The notes below the pieces were generated by a model, which worked only from the letters and a program-made list of their open reading frames with translations, was not told the DNA's origin and searched no databases. 64,000 nt of DNA from an uncultured Bacteroidia bacterium. Lineage in GTDB: Bacteria > Bacteroidota > Bacteroidia > Bacteroidales > CAJPTX01. The position numbers and the translations under genes are program-made. Of this stretch, positions 9,328 to 18,800 are shown one piece after another. The DNA is taken from NCBI GenBank assembly GCA_963546395.1, contig CAUUMS010000002.1, positions 124,181-188,180 of the forward strand. The letters are read 5' to 3'. Each line of letters begins with the position of its first letter. Position 1 is the stretch's first letter.

Positions 9328-10029
9328 TCATGCGGGTCGTCCCCCGGGGTGCAATAGTTCGATGCCGAAGGCCGATTCGAATGCCGCAATGAATTTCGTC
9401 TTCACATCATTCAGTGGCACCTCGTCTCCCAGCTCTTGAGCCAGACTGGTGACGCCACGATCGGTGAGGCCGCAGGGGTTTATCCAGTGAAAGGCCCTAA
9501 GCTCCGTGTTCACGTTGAGGGCGAAGCCGTGCGTACAGATGCCCTGCCCGATGTGTATCCCGATGGCGCAAATCTTCCGTAGCGGTCGCCCCTCCTGGGC
9601 CGGTAGCCATAGGCCTGGGGCTCTTTCGTCCTGATGCGCCTCTATCGAGTAGGCGCGCAGCGTGGTGGCTATGCACCCGAGTAGCCGCTGCACGTACTCT
9701 TTAGCCCCGATCCCGAGCTGGGCCAAATCCAGCACAGGGTACCCCACCAGCTGACCCCGGCCGTGAAATGTCACATCGCCACCACGGTCGGTGCGCACCA
9801 CGGTGATGCCCATCCTCAGGAGCATTTCCTGATTTATCAGCACATTGTCAGCGTTGCCGTGCTTTCCCAGGGTAAGCACAGAGGCGTGCTCCCCCAGGAA
9901 CAGGGTGCCGCAGGCACTGCGATTAGGCACTGCGCGCTGCTGTAGCAGCCACTCGCGGGCATATCGTTGCTCTCCCTGCGCCTGCTGATAGTTGGCTGCC
10001 AGCGGGCGCAGCCACACGTTCCGTCTCAT
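9328..10029 (-). CDS. lipB: Octanoyltransferase (lipoyl(octanoyl) transferase) LipB
   Basis: FLGEHASVLTLGKHG...RGGDVTFHGRGQLVGYP...KICAIGIH matches LipB catalytic motifs. I chose the start at Met14 of the ORF (10029), 10 nt after the lipA stop; earlier starts at 10056 or 10068 are possible. Confidence 0.88.
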   Translation of the reverse strand: MRRNVWLRPLAANYQQAQGEQRYAREWLLQQRAVPNRSACGTLFLGEHASVLTLGKHGNADNVLINQEMLLRMGITVVRTDRGGDVTFHGRGQLVGYPVLDLAQLGIGAKEYVQRLLGCIATTLRAYSIEAHQDERAPGLWLPAQEGRPLRKICAIGIHIGQGICTHGFALNVNTELRAFHWINPCGLTDRGVTSLAQELGDEVPLNDVKTKFIAAFESAFGIELLHPGGRPA

Positions 10030-10039
10030 GGCTTGCTGC

Positions 10040-10948
10040 TTATTTGTCCTGCACATTGCCCAGGCCACAGGCCTTTAGCGCATTTTCTGCATGGAACGAT
10101 GACCGTACCAGAGGCCCCGATTCCACGTAGAGGAACCCCATGCTGCGAGCCACATCGGCGAGCTCGGCGAACTCATCGGGGCTGTAGTAGCGTCGCACGG
10201 GTAGATGTCTCCGGCTGGGTTGTAGATACTGCCCCACCGTGAGGATCTTGCAGCCCACTGACACCAGGTCGCGCATCGTCTGGACAATCTCATCCCACTC
10301 CTCCCCCAATCCGAGCATGAGGCCCGACTTGGCACGGAGCCCAGCCCCAGCCATGCGCTCTATCACGCCCAGGCTGTAGTCGTAGCGAGCCTTGCTGCGC
10401 ACCGAGGGCGTGAGCCGCTCCACCGTCTCCATGTTGTGGGCCACAATGTCGGGCTTAGTGCTGAGCACGTGCTCCAGGGCACCATCCTTCCCCATGAAGT
10501 CGGGCAGCAGGGCCTCTAGGGTTATGCGCGGGCACAGGTGCCGAACCTGCTCAATCACCGAGGCCCACAATGCTGCGCCTCCATCGGGCAGATCGTCCCT
10601 ATCCACCGAGGTGATGACCGCATGCTTCAGCCCCATCAGCTGCACCGACCGGGCAATGCGCATGGGCTCATGGGTGTCCGGGGCTTCGGGGCAACCGCTC
10701 TTGGTGGCGCAGAAGCCACACCTCCGCGTGCACACATCCCCGAGAATCAGGAAGCTAGCGGTGCCGTTGGACCAGCACTCCCCCTGGTTGGGACACCGCC
10801 CGCTGCTGCATATGGTGTGCAGGCCGTGCGTGGCGATGGTGTGCCCCACGCCGGCGTACACCTCCCCGCCCCCAAGGGCCACTTTCAGCCAATCGGGCTT
10901 GCGTATTCGGGTGCCGGGAACGTCGGGGCCCTGGGGCGTTGAACTCAT
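10040..10948 (-). CDS. lipA: Lipoyl synthase LipA (radical SAM)
   Basis: CSSGRCPNQGECW and CTRRCGFCA are the two LipA Fe-S cysteine motifs. I chose the start at Met24 of the ORF (MSSTPQG...RIRKPDWLK) because typical LipA N-termini begin just before RKPDWLK and a TACCTTTG box lies immediately upstream. Confidence 0.9.
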   Translation of the reverse strand: MSSTPQGPDVPGTRIRKPDWLKVALGGGEVYAGVGHTIATHGLHTICSSGRCPNQGECWSNGTASFLILGDVCTRRCGFCATKSGCPEAPDTHEPMRIARSVQLMGLKHAVITSVDRDDLPDGGAALWASVIEQVRHLCPRITLEALLPDFMGKDGALEHVLSTKPDIVAHNMETVERLTPSVRSKARYDYSLGVIERMAGAGLRAKSGLMLGLGEEWDEIVQTMRDLVSVGCKILTVGQYLQPSRRHLPVRRYYSPDEFAELADVARSMGFLYVESGPLVRSSFHAENALKACGLGNVQDK

Positions 10949-10954
10949 AGCCCG

Positions 10955-10962
10955 CAAAGGTA
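10955..10962 (-). promoter_or_regulatory. -7 promoter box (TACCTTTG on the minus strand) abutting the lipA start
   Basis: The + strand reads CAAAGGTA. Only 6 nt separate the box from the ATG at 10948, which implies a leaderless or near-leaderless lipA mRNA if this box is used. Confidence 0.4.
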
Positions 10963-11114
10963 TACCTTTTTGCGTAAAATCCATTGTGTTAAATCGATAC
11001 ATTTTACGGCCTGCCACATGGCAAAAACGCCTGTGCAGCTACGTGTTGGCGGGGCATCTGCACCCGGGGACTGCAATTCGTGGCAAATGGCGAAGCCCAT
11101 TAATTTTATTCTTA

Positions 11115-11122
11115 TATCTTTG
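11115..11122 (+). promoter_or_regulatory. -7 promoter box (TATCTTTG) for the porin gene
   Basis: It is an exact TAnnTTTG match. It overlaps the ORF-track GTG start, which argues for the ATG at 11161 as the true start. Confidence 0.5.
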
Positions 11123-11160
11123 TGGTCATGGTGGCCCTCTGGCCGAGAACGTTTGTAACC

Positions 11161-12429
11161 ATGGACCGTTGCAAAGTGCGTTCGCTTCGACTACTGTCGC
11201 TATTCCTGCTGCTCGCCCCATGCCTGTTTGCGCAGGAAAAATCCCCATCCACACTCACCTTCGACATCTACGTGCGCTCGCGGGGCGAGTATCGCAGCGG
11301 CTACAAACGCCTGCTCCTTCAGCGGGAATACCCCGTGGGGCTCTTCACCCAGCGCAGCCAGCTGGGGGCCAAATTCTCCCTCGACGATCGCTACGAGGCT
11401 TACATCGCCTTGCAGGATGGCCGCGCCTGGGGCCAGGGGTACAACGAGGGCCAGTTCTGGCTCTCGCAGGCCTGGGGGAAAGTCAACATCCTCCCCAACC
11501 TTTTCGTGCAGCTCGGTCGCCAGCCCATCCTGATTTGGCGGGGGTGGCTCTTCTCAGCCTACGGATTCGCCATTACGGCGCGCTCGCACGATGCCGTGCA
11601 CGTCAGCTACAAGCCTGCTCCCTTCGAGCTGCATGCGTACGCCTCGATCAACTCCAGCGCGTCGTCCCCCCTGTCCACCACCTACTACAAGCGCGTCAAC
11701 TCGTTGTACTGGGGGATGCTCACGGGCTCGTGCTCCCTGTGGGGCAGCCAGCTGCGCGGCCTCTCGGTAGTGGATGTGACGCAGAACCCGGCGAGCCCCG
11801 AGACGCTCTACTCGCGCGCCACGCTGGGGCTCGGGGGCATCTTTGCATCCTTAAATGAGTTACGAATAGAGGCCTACGCCTACTACCAGTTCGGCCGCAC
11901 CTATCACCGCGAGCTGAAGGAGATGCACCCGGTGGGGGCTTACGCATTCGATGCCTACGCCGACGTGCGGCTCTCCGCCGACTTCGCGGTGGGTGCCATA
12001 GCGCACATGGTCTCGGGGCACGATCCGCTCAAGCCCAGAACCGAGCGTTTTGGCCAATTCGACCGCCTGTTTGGCTCCGGGCACAACTACTTTGGCTACA
12101 CCGATTTGTTTTCTATCACCATGCAGCAGGCCAACTACCAGGGGATGTGGCACGCTGGCTTGGTGGGCCGCTATCGGCACAAAGGGCTCAAGCTGGAACT
12201 CACCACCTCCTACCTGTGGCTCGATCGCACTGCGCCGAGGCAACAGCCCGGAATCGGGTGCGAGGTGAGCCTGGTGGGTGCCTACAAGTTCGCCGGTTGC
12301 TGCCAGCTGGAGGGCGGCTACGTGGTGCTGTTCCCCAGTGCTACTACGCGCGCAATGCGTGCCGCTGAGCCGGTGCGTCAGCCTGCCCAGTTCGCCTACC
12401 TGTCGATGCTGTTGACCATGACGCATTGA
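11161..12429 (+). CDS. Outer-membrane beta-barrel protein, alginate-export (AlgE-like) family
   Basis: A signal peptide is present (LRLLSLFLLLAPCLFAQE). The sequence has alternating beta-strand character throughout, FDIYVRSRGEYRSGY...QDGRAWGQ resembles the Alginate_exp family, and it ends in aromatic-rich strands. Confidence 0.7.
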   Translation: MDRCKVRSLRLLSLFLLLAPCLFAQEKSPSTLTFDIYVRSRGEYRSGYKRLLLQREYPVGLFTQRSQLGAKFSLDDRYEAYIALQDGRAWGQGYNEGQFWLSQAWGKVNILPNLFVQLGRQPILIWRGWLFSAYGFAITARSHDAVHVSYKPAPFELHAYASINSSASSPLSTTYYKRVNSLYWGMLTGSCSLWGSQLRGLSVVDVTQNPASPETLYSRATLGLGGIFASLNELRIEAYAYYQFGRTYHRELKEMHPVGAYAFDAYADVRLSADFAVGAIAHMVSGHDPLKPRTERFGQFDRLFGSGHNYFGYTDLFSITMQQANYQGMWHAGLVGRYRHKGLKLELTTSYLWLDRTAPRQQPGIGCEVSLVGAYKFAGCCQLEGGYVVLFPSATTRAMRAAEPVRQPAQFAYLSMLLTMTH

Positions 12430-12561
12430 TCGTCGCCGGAATCTCGCTCCCATAGATCCCACATGTCGCGGGCCGCATTCGAGTCCCGCAGTAGACTGTT
12501 GCAGAATGATCTGTGCTACAGGCTTGTGCGCTAGATAGCACCAGGATTCGTCGTACCTGCG

Positions 12562-12620
12562 ACGCACCAAAGCCGTATTTGCCCTACCAAATAGGGACTT
12601 GGTACGGCGTTGCCGCGGTG
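12562..12620. repeat. Intergenic imperfect-palindrome repeat, copy A
   Basis: The sequence is ACGCACCAAAGCCGTATTTG-ccctac-CAAATAGGGACTTGGTACGG-CGTTGCCGCGG. It shares an exact 17-mer (CCAAATAGGGACTTGGT) with copy B. Confidence 0.8.
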
Positions 12621-12824
12621 GTGCCACGCACCATGGATCTTTTGCATGGCGCGGTGGGCCGGACTTTGAGGTCATTTCGTTAGGTAGATCACCGCCTTAC
12701 GGGTGAGGCACGTAGGGAAGTTTTTCAATTTAGAACGTGTTTACTGTGCATAAAGGGGACTGGAGGCGGGATAAATGGCTAACTTGCCGTCTGTAATTTT
12801 ATCCATTTAAAAGACTTGCGACGT

Positions 12825-15800
12825 ATGAGATTTCTTTACGCTCTAGGAGCGGCATGTTTCCTGCTGCTATCTTGTGCCCTGCGGGCTCAGGACACGGTGC
12901 AGCTGGGGCGGCATCGCTTCGTGCCCGAGCAGAATGCGCGACGCGCGCTGCGGGGAACACCCGATTGGGGGCCGGCCACTGGGGGGCAACGCAACGTGCT
13001 CGTGCAGTTTGAGCGCATTCCCTCCAGTAAGGAGGTGCAGCGCCTGGCTCAGCAGGGGTTGACCCTAGAGGATTATGTTGGTGGGAAGGCCTACTATGCG
13101 CTACTGCGTGACGGGGCAACTAATCCGGCCCGTATGCGCGGGGCAAGCAACCTGACCTCCATCGTGCCTGTGCGCCCCGAGTGGAAGCTATCGCAGCAGT
13201 TAGAGGGCGATGACGTCCCCTCGCATGCCAAGGTGGATGAGGGCGTGGCTGAGGTTGTCGTCCGCTTTGCGGGCAACGTGGAGCCTGCGCAGGTGTCCGC
13301 ATCGCTGCAAAAGCTAGGGGCAACGCGGGTGCGCGTCTCGTCCCTATTCCGCAGCGCCACGGTGCAGATTCCCCTCACGCAGTGCCGCCGCCTGGTGGAG
13401 CTGCCGTGGGTGCTGGCTGTGCAGCCGGTGGATCCGCCTGTGAGCCTCAACAATGCTGGCGGGCGCACATTGTCCCGGGCCAATCTGCTTAACTCCACGG
13501 CCCCCGAGCTGGAGGGGCGTGGGTTGCTCGGCCAGGGGATCAACGTGGGCATCTGGGATGGCAACGTGATGTGGCATCCCGACTTTGGCCAGCGTATACA
13601 TGTGCAGGAGTACGAGCTCAATCGCGGCGAAGCCGAGCAGCATGGCACGCATGTGGCGGGTACTGTGCTGGGCTCTGGCATGGTGGATCCCGACGGCCGC
13701 GGTATGGCGCCACGGGCTCAGGCCTACACCTATAACTTCAATGTGCAGTCCAATGGCCTCTCCGCGCAGGAGGAGATGGCGCAGGCCACCAAGAACTTCG
13801 CCATCACGCTGACGCAAAACTCCTATGGGCTGTCGCTCTACAGGAACTGCCAGGCCATGCGTTACCTATCCTACCGGCAGCGCGACTATGAGCTAGACCG
13901 TTTGGCACTGCTCTACCCCCAGCTCACGCACGTGTTCGCGGCGGGTAACGAGCAGCAGGCTTGCCCCGCGGAGAGCGTGGAGAAGTATGGTGTCGCGGGG
14001 TATGGTTCCTCCACCTGGCGCGCTAAGAACGTGATCTACGTGGGGGCGTTGGATGAGGCCGGGCGCATCACGGGCTTCAGCAGCTTTGGCCCGCAGGACG
14101 ACGGGCGACTCTTCCCCACCGTGTGCGCCAAGGGGGGTGAGGTGTACAGCGTGAAGCCCGGGGCGCAGTATCAGAAGATGAGCGGTACATCCATGGCTTG
14201 CCCCACCACGTCGGGCACGCTGGCTCTCTTGCAGGAGCGTTGGCGGCAGCTGAATCGGGGGGCTGACATCCAGAGCGATTTGCTGCGGGCCATCGTGGCC
14301 AACACGGCAGATGATGCCGGGCGTGAGGGCCCCGACTTCCAGTACGGCTACGGTATTCTCAACGGGGAGCGTGCTGTGCTGACGATGGAGAAGGGCTACT
14401 ACTCGCGGGGAAGCGTTGCGCAGGGTGCCACCCAGCCGATGCGCATCACGGTGCCCAAGGGGGCTGTGGCTGTGCGTGTCATGCTGGTGTGGAACGACCC
14501 CACGGGGGCGAAGGTGCACGCCCTGGGCGAGTCTCCCATGGTGAATGACCTGGATCTGAGCGTCTCGGTATCGGGGAAGTCATACCTCCCCTGGGTGCTC
14601 GACCCATCCAAGGGTAACGTGGAGAAGCCGGCCCAGAGGGCGAAGGACGTGCTCAATAACATCGAGCAGGTAACGCTTTCCACTACCGAGCTCGGGGCTG
14701 CCGATGTTCTGGAGGTCTCGGTGGCCGCCTCGCGGGTGGCGAAGGGTGAGCAGTCGTACACCCTGGTGTGGTGGTTCGACATGCCCGCGGAGCTACGCAT
14801 CATTAGCCCGGTGGGCGGTGAGCAGTTTGAGCCTGGTCAGCAGTTCGCGCTACGCGCGGAGGGGGTGCAGGGCGCATGCGCCGTGGAGATCTCCTATGAT
14901 GATGGGAAGAAGTACACTCGTCTAGGCTCGCTCAGCGGGGGCAACATGCCACGCAACTATTCGGCCCTTGTACGGATTCCGGCCAATGCCACCTTCACCG
15001 GTAAGGCGCGTTTCCGCCTCGTGGCTGCGGATGGCACGACGGCCACCTCACCGCTACCGTTCACCATCGCGCCTCGCCCCGAGCGTCCCGAGCTCGAAAC
15101 GGGTGCCTGCGGCGTGGACGGGTGGAAATTGAAGTGGACGAAGGTGAAGGGGGACATCGCCAAGTACAGCATTCTGCTTTGCGATCCAGACACCGAGAGC
15201 GTCACCTCCATCGGGGAGGTTATGGCCAATGCCACGGAGTTCGACATCCCGTCGGATAAGGTGAAGGGCGTGAAGAGCCCGCTCTTCAGCGTGGCGGCCG
15301 TGCTGGCGGATGGCACGCAGGGTAAGCGTTCGATGGCTGTGCAGGCGGAGACTTCCATGGGGAAGGCCCTGAAGGTGGACGAGCTGCCCTTTGTGGAGAG
15401 CTTCACCCGTTACCCGTCCCCCTACTTCCGTGTGAAGGTGGGTAAGAGCCTGCGGGCGGTGTACTACCCAGCCTCGCTGGGGACTGCCGCAGGTTCCAAC
15501 AGCCTCGTCTTCGTGGCTGACGAAGGGGGCGGAGCCAACTTCGATCGCACCAATTACTTCAGTGATCAGAATGCCGCCCACATCGCCCAGGCGGAGATGT
15601 GCGACCTCGACCTAACGGGGATCCCGAATGACCAGTATGTTTACTTCCGCGTAAGCGGTCTGCTAGGGGTTGAGAATCTGAGCGACCCCACCACGGCCCG
15701 TTTCCGCCTACTGATAGACGGCACTCCTACGTTGCCATTGGGGCGTAAGAGCATCGAGCAGACGGTTAGCGGCCACGAGGAGGAGTGGGTATACAAACTC

Positions 15801-18800
15801 AACGGCGGCAAGCACTACAAGGTGACGATGCAGTTCGCCGCAAGCAGCAAGCACGACAACCTGTTCCTCCGGGCGATTAACGTGGAGAAGCCTTCCACGG
15901 TGCGCAACGTGTCGCTGGTGATGGCTAAGCCATTCGACGACACGGTGGATCCGAAGGATACCGAGTGCCACGTCCGCGTGCGCAACAAGAGCACTGAGAC
16001 GGTGAAAGATCTTCCGCTGAGGGTCTATCTGGATGACAAGTGGATTGCCACGAAGATGATCAGCGAGCTCGGGGCCATGTCTGAGGTAGAGCTGCCCATA
16101 GTGGTGGACATCAGCATGGACGACGTGCTGGGCGGCCTTCGCAAGGTACGCATAGAGGCCGACCTCCCCGATGATGTGGACAGGAGTGATAATGTGGTGG
16201 AGCAGACGTTGAACAACCGTGGGAAGGTGCTCCTGATGGCTGAGTCGAGGCTAGAGGCCGACTTCTTCGGGCCAGCACCCGTGGATCCCCGCAAGACGGT
16301 GTACATCGATAAGCCTACCATCTTTACCGACTGCGGTGGCTACTACGGCAACTACTCTGCGCAGCAGGTGTCCACCCTGAAGGTGCTGCCAGCTGATAGC
16401 ACCAAGCGCATTCGGGTGAAGTTCCTACGCCTCGAGGCCCCCGAGGGCTCGGGCTGGCTGGGTATCTTCACTACCACGGTGCCATCTTCGCTCAAGCTGA
16501 ACCGCCTTCCCATGCGGGATTTGCTGGAGGGCACCATCACCGAGGCCCGCACCTATGTGTCCGAGGCAAAGGATGGGGCCATCACGTTCCACTTCCGCTC
16601 GTCTCGCACATTGGCTCCTGGTTGGGTGGCGGAGATTGACTTTGTGCCGGCTGCCAATCCGCTAGCTATCACGGCGGCGAATGCGAAGCTTGTGGGTGCC
16701 GAGGAGAAGGGCGAGGTGCCCGTCTCGGTTACCATCCGCAACCGGTGGCAGCAGGAGCAGAAGAATGTGGATCTGTATCTCTGGGATGGGCGCAAGATTC
16801 TCCTAGAGGAGACGTTGCCCAGCGTGCCGGCCGGTGAGACGACGGTGACCTTCAGCAAGAAGCTCGAGATGACCCGCGGGACGCTCATGCCCCAGCTGGA
16901 GGTCTTCCTCGAGTGCGAGGGGGATTCCGACGGTGATGACAATCGCCTGTCGCTCGATGCGGGCTATGATCGCTACTGCATCCCGGGACGCATTGCAAAG
17001 TACGAAGCGTTCGCCATCAGCCAGGTGCGGGTGGAGAACCGGAAGGTGAACCTCGTGAAGCCTCGTGGCTACGCCATGTACACCCTGGACTCTACGCTGG
17101 TGCTGTACAAGGGTGCTGGCGCAGTGAGCGGATCTGTGGAGACCTCAGCCCCCATTGCCGACGGGTATGGGGTTGGCATGTGGGTGGACTGGAATGACGA
17201 TGGTCTCTTTGGCGATGATGAGAAGGCCGAGGTGACATTTGAGGCTGGCAAGAGCTCATTTGCGCTGAAGCTGAATCCACCCGATGTCCAGGCGGGTCGC
17301 AAGCGGGCTCGTGTGGCCATTGCGAAGGCTGATGAGATGTCCCTCCTCCCCTGCGCGGAGGCTGGGCTGAAGGAGGGTGACCTGCACGACTTCATGATCG
17401 ACCTGCAGGATGGCAACTACCCGAATGCGGGCGACCTGGAGCTGGTTAGCGTGGACGCTGGTCCTTCGGGCCTCAACCTCTCGGGGAGTCAGCAGGTGTC
17501 AATACTGGTACGCAACCTGTCCAACACGCCCTACGCATCCGCAGTGGCTATAAGCTATTCGATGGATGGCGGTCAGATGGAGAGTGAGGAGAAGGATTTC
17601 TCAGCTGACCCCATTGCCGCATTCGGCGGGGAGCGCACTATCGTCCTGGCTAAGACGATCAACCCTTCAGCCAAGGGTAAGCATGTGGTGAGCGTGAGCC
17701 TGAGTGAGAAGCCTGTAGAGGTTAATCCTAAGAACAACAAGCGGGATGCGGTGGTCTGGAGCGTTGTGCCCGATGCCGATAAGCCGCTGTATGCGCTTCA
17801 CACTGCTACGCAGAAGACCAAAGGGGAGTACGTGGATCTATCGGTGGTATCTGCTAAGGCCGGTGAGCTTAAGACGGGTGCCATGCGCACCATTGAGATG
17901 TGGGTGCATCCGGATCGGCCGCAATTCGGCACGCTGCTAGCTGCTGATGGCCTTGCGGTGTACTCGCTGTACCGGATGGCTGATGGGGTGCCAAGCAACG
18001 CCGTGGGCGTTGTTGTGGGCCAGGGGATGGTGGCATTCACTCCTGAGAATACGCTGCCAGCCCAGCGCTGGAGCCATGTAGCCGTAATGATATCCGAGGT
18101 GGTGCCTGGGCTTATCAATCCGAGCTGCCGGGTGCAGGTGTACATCAACGGTGTGAAGCAAGCTGTTACTGTGCGTGGTTCTGCTGCGCCGAGCATGCAG
18201 AAGCTGAAGCTCGCCCCGAAGTTCGATGGGATGATAGATGCCTTCCGCCTGTGGGATCGCCTGCGTACCGATGCGGAGATTAAGAGCAACATGTACTCAT
18301 ACCTTCGTGAAGCTAATCAGCAGCTGCCTGCGGGCCTAGTGGCTGAGTTCGTCTTCGACGAGGGTGCTGGCTATGGTGCCACATTCTCGGGCACGGACGC
18401 TGCTCCTATTGTGGTGAAGGATGAGTCGCTCATCACCAAGACGGAGGGTGGCATATGGCAGAAGATCACGGAGCTATTTGCGGCGATTCGGTTTGAGCAT
18501 CAGGCCGCAGAGACGGTGCTCAGCGGGAAGGCCGAGTACAATGTACTCTTTGAGGGCACTGCCCCGACTTCGGTTAAGGGGACGTTGCAGGGTACCTGGC
18601 CAAATACGACGTTCAGCTATGAGCAGAAGCCGGTGGACGCTAACACCCTGTACGACTTCTCCAAGGATGTAAAGCTGGAGGCCTCGAGCCGTCTCTTCTC
18701 AAAGACTGTCAAGCAGCAAATCGTTCTCCATGCCGAGAAGGATAAGTCCAATGCCTGCGATATCCAGTCGATGATAGTACTGGCCGATGGGACACCAGGG

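Noticed and set aside
10392-11858. A 488-aa + strand ORF spans the lipA antisense strand and an alternative frame of the porin gene.
   Set aside because: It is Arg/Pro/Ala/Ser-rich with low-complexity composition and no motifs. It overlaps two genes that have strong homology signatures. This is a typical shadow ORF of a high-GC genome.
11860-12675. A 271-aa minus-strand ORF is antisense to the porin gene and runs into the spacer that contains repeat copy A.
   Set aside because: It is a shadow ORF. It has no signal or motif content and reads straight through the palindromic repeat.
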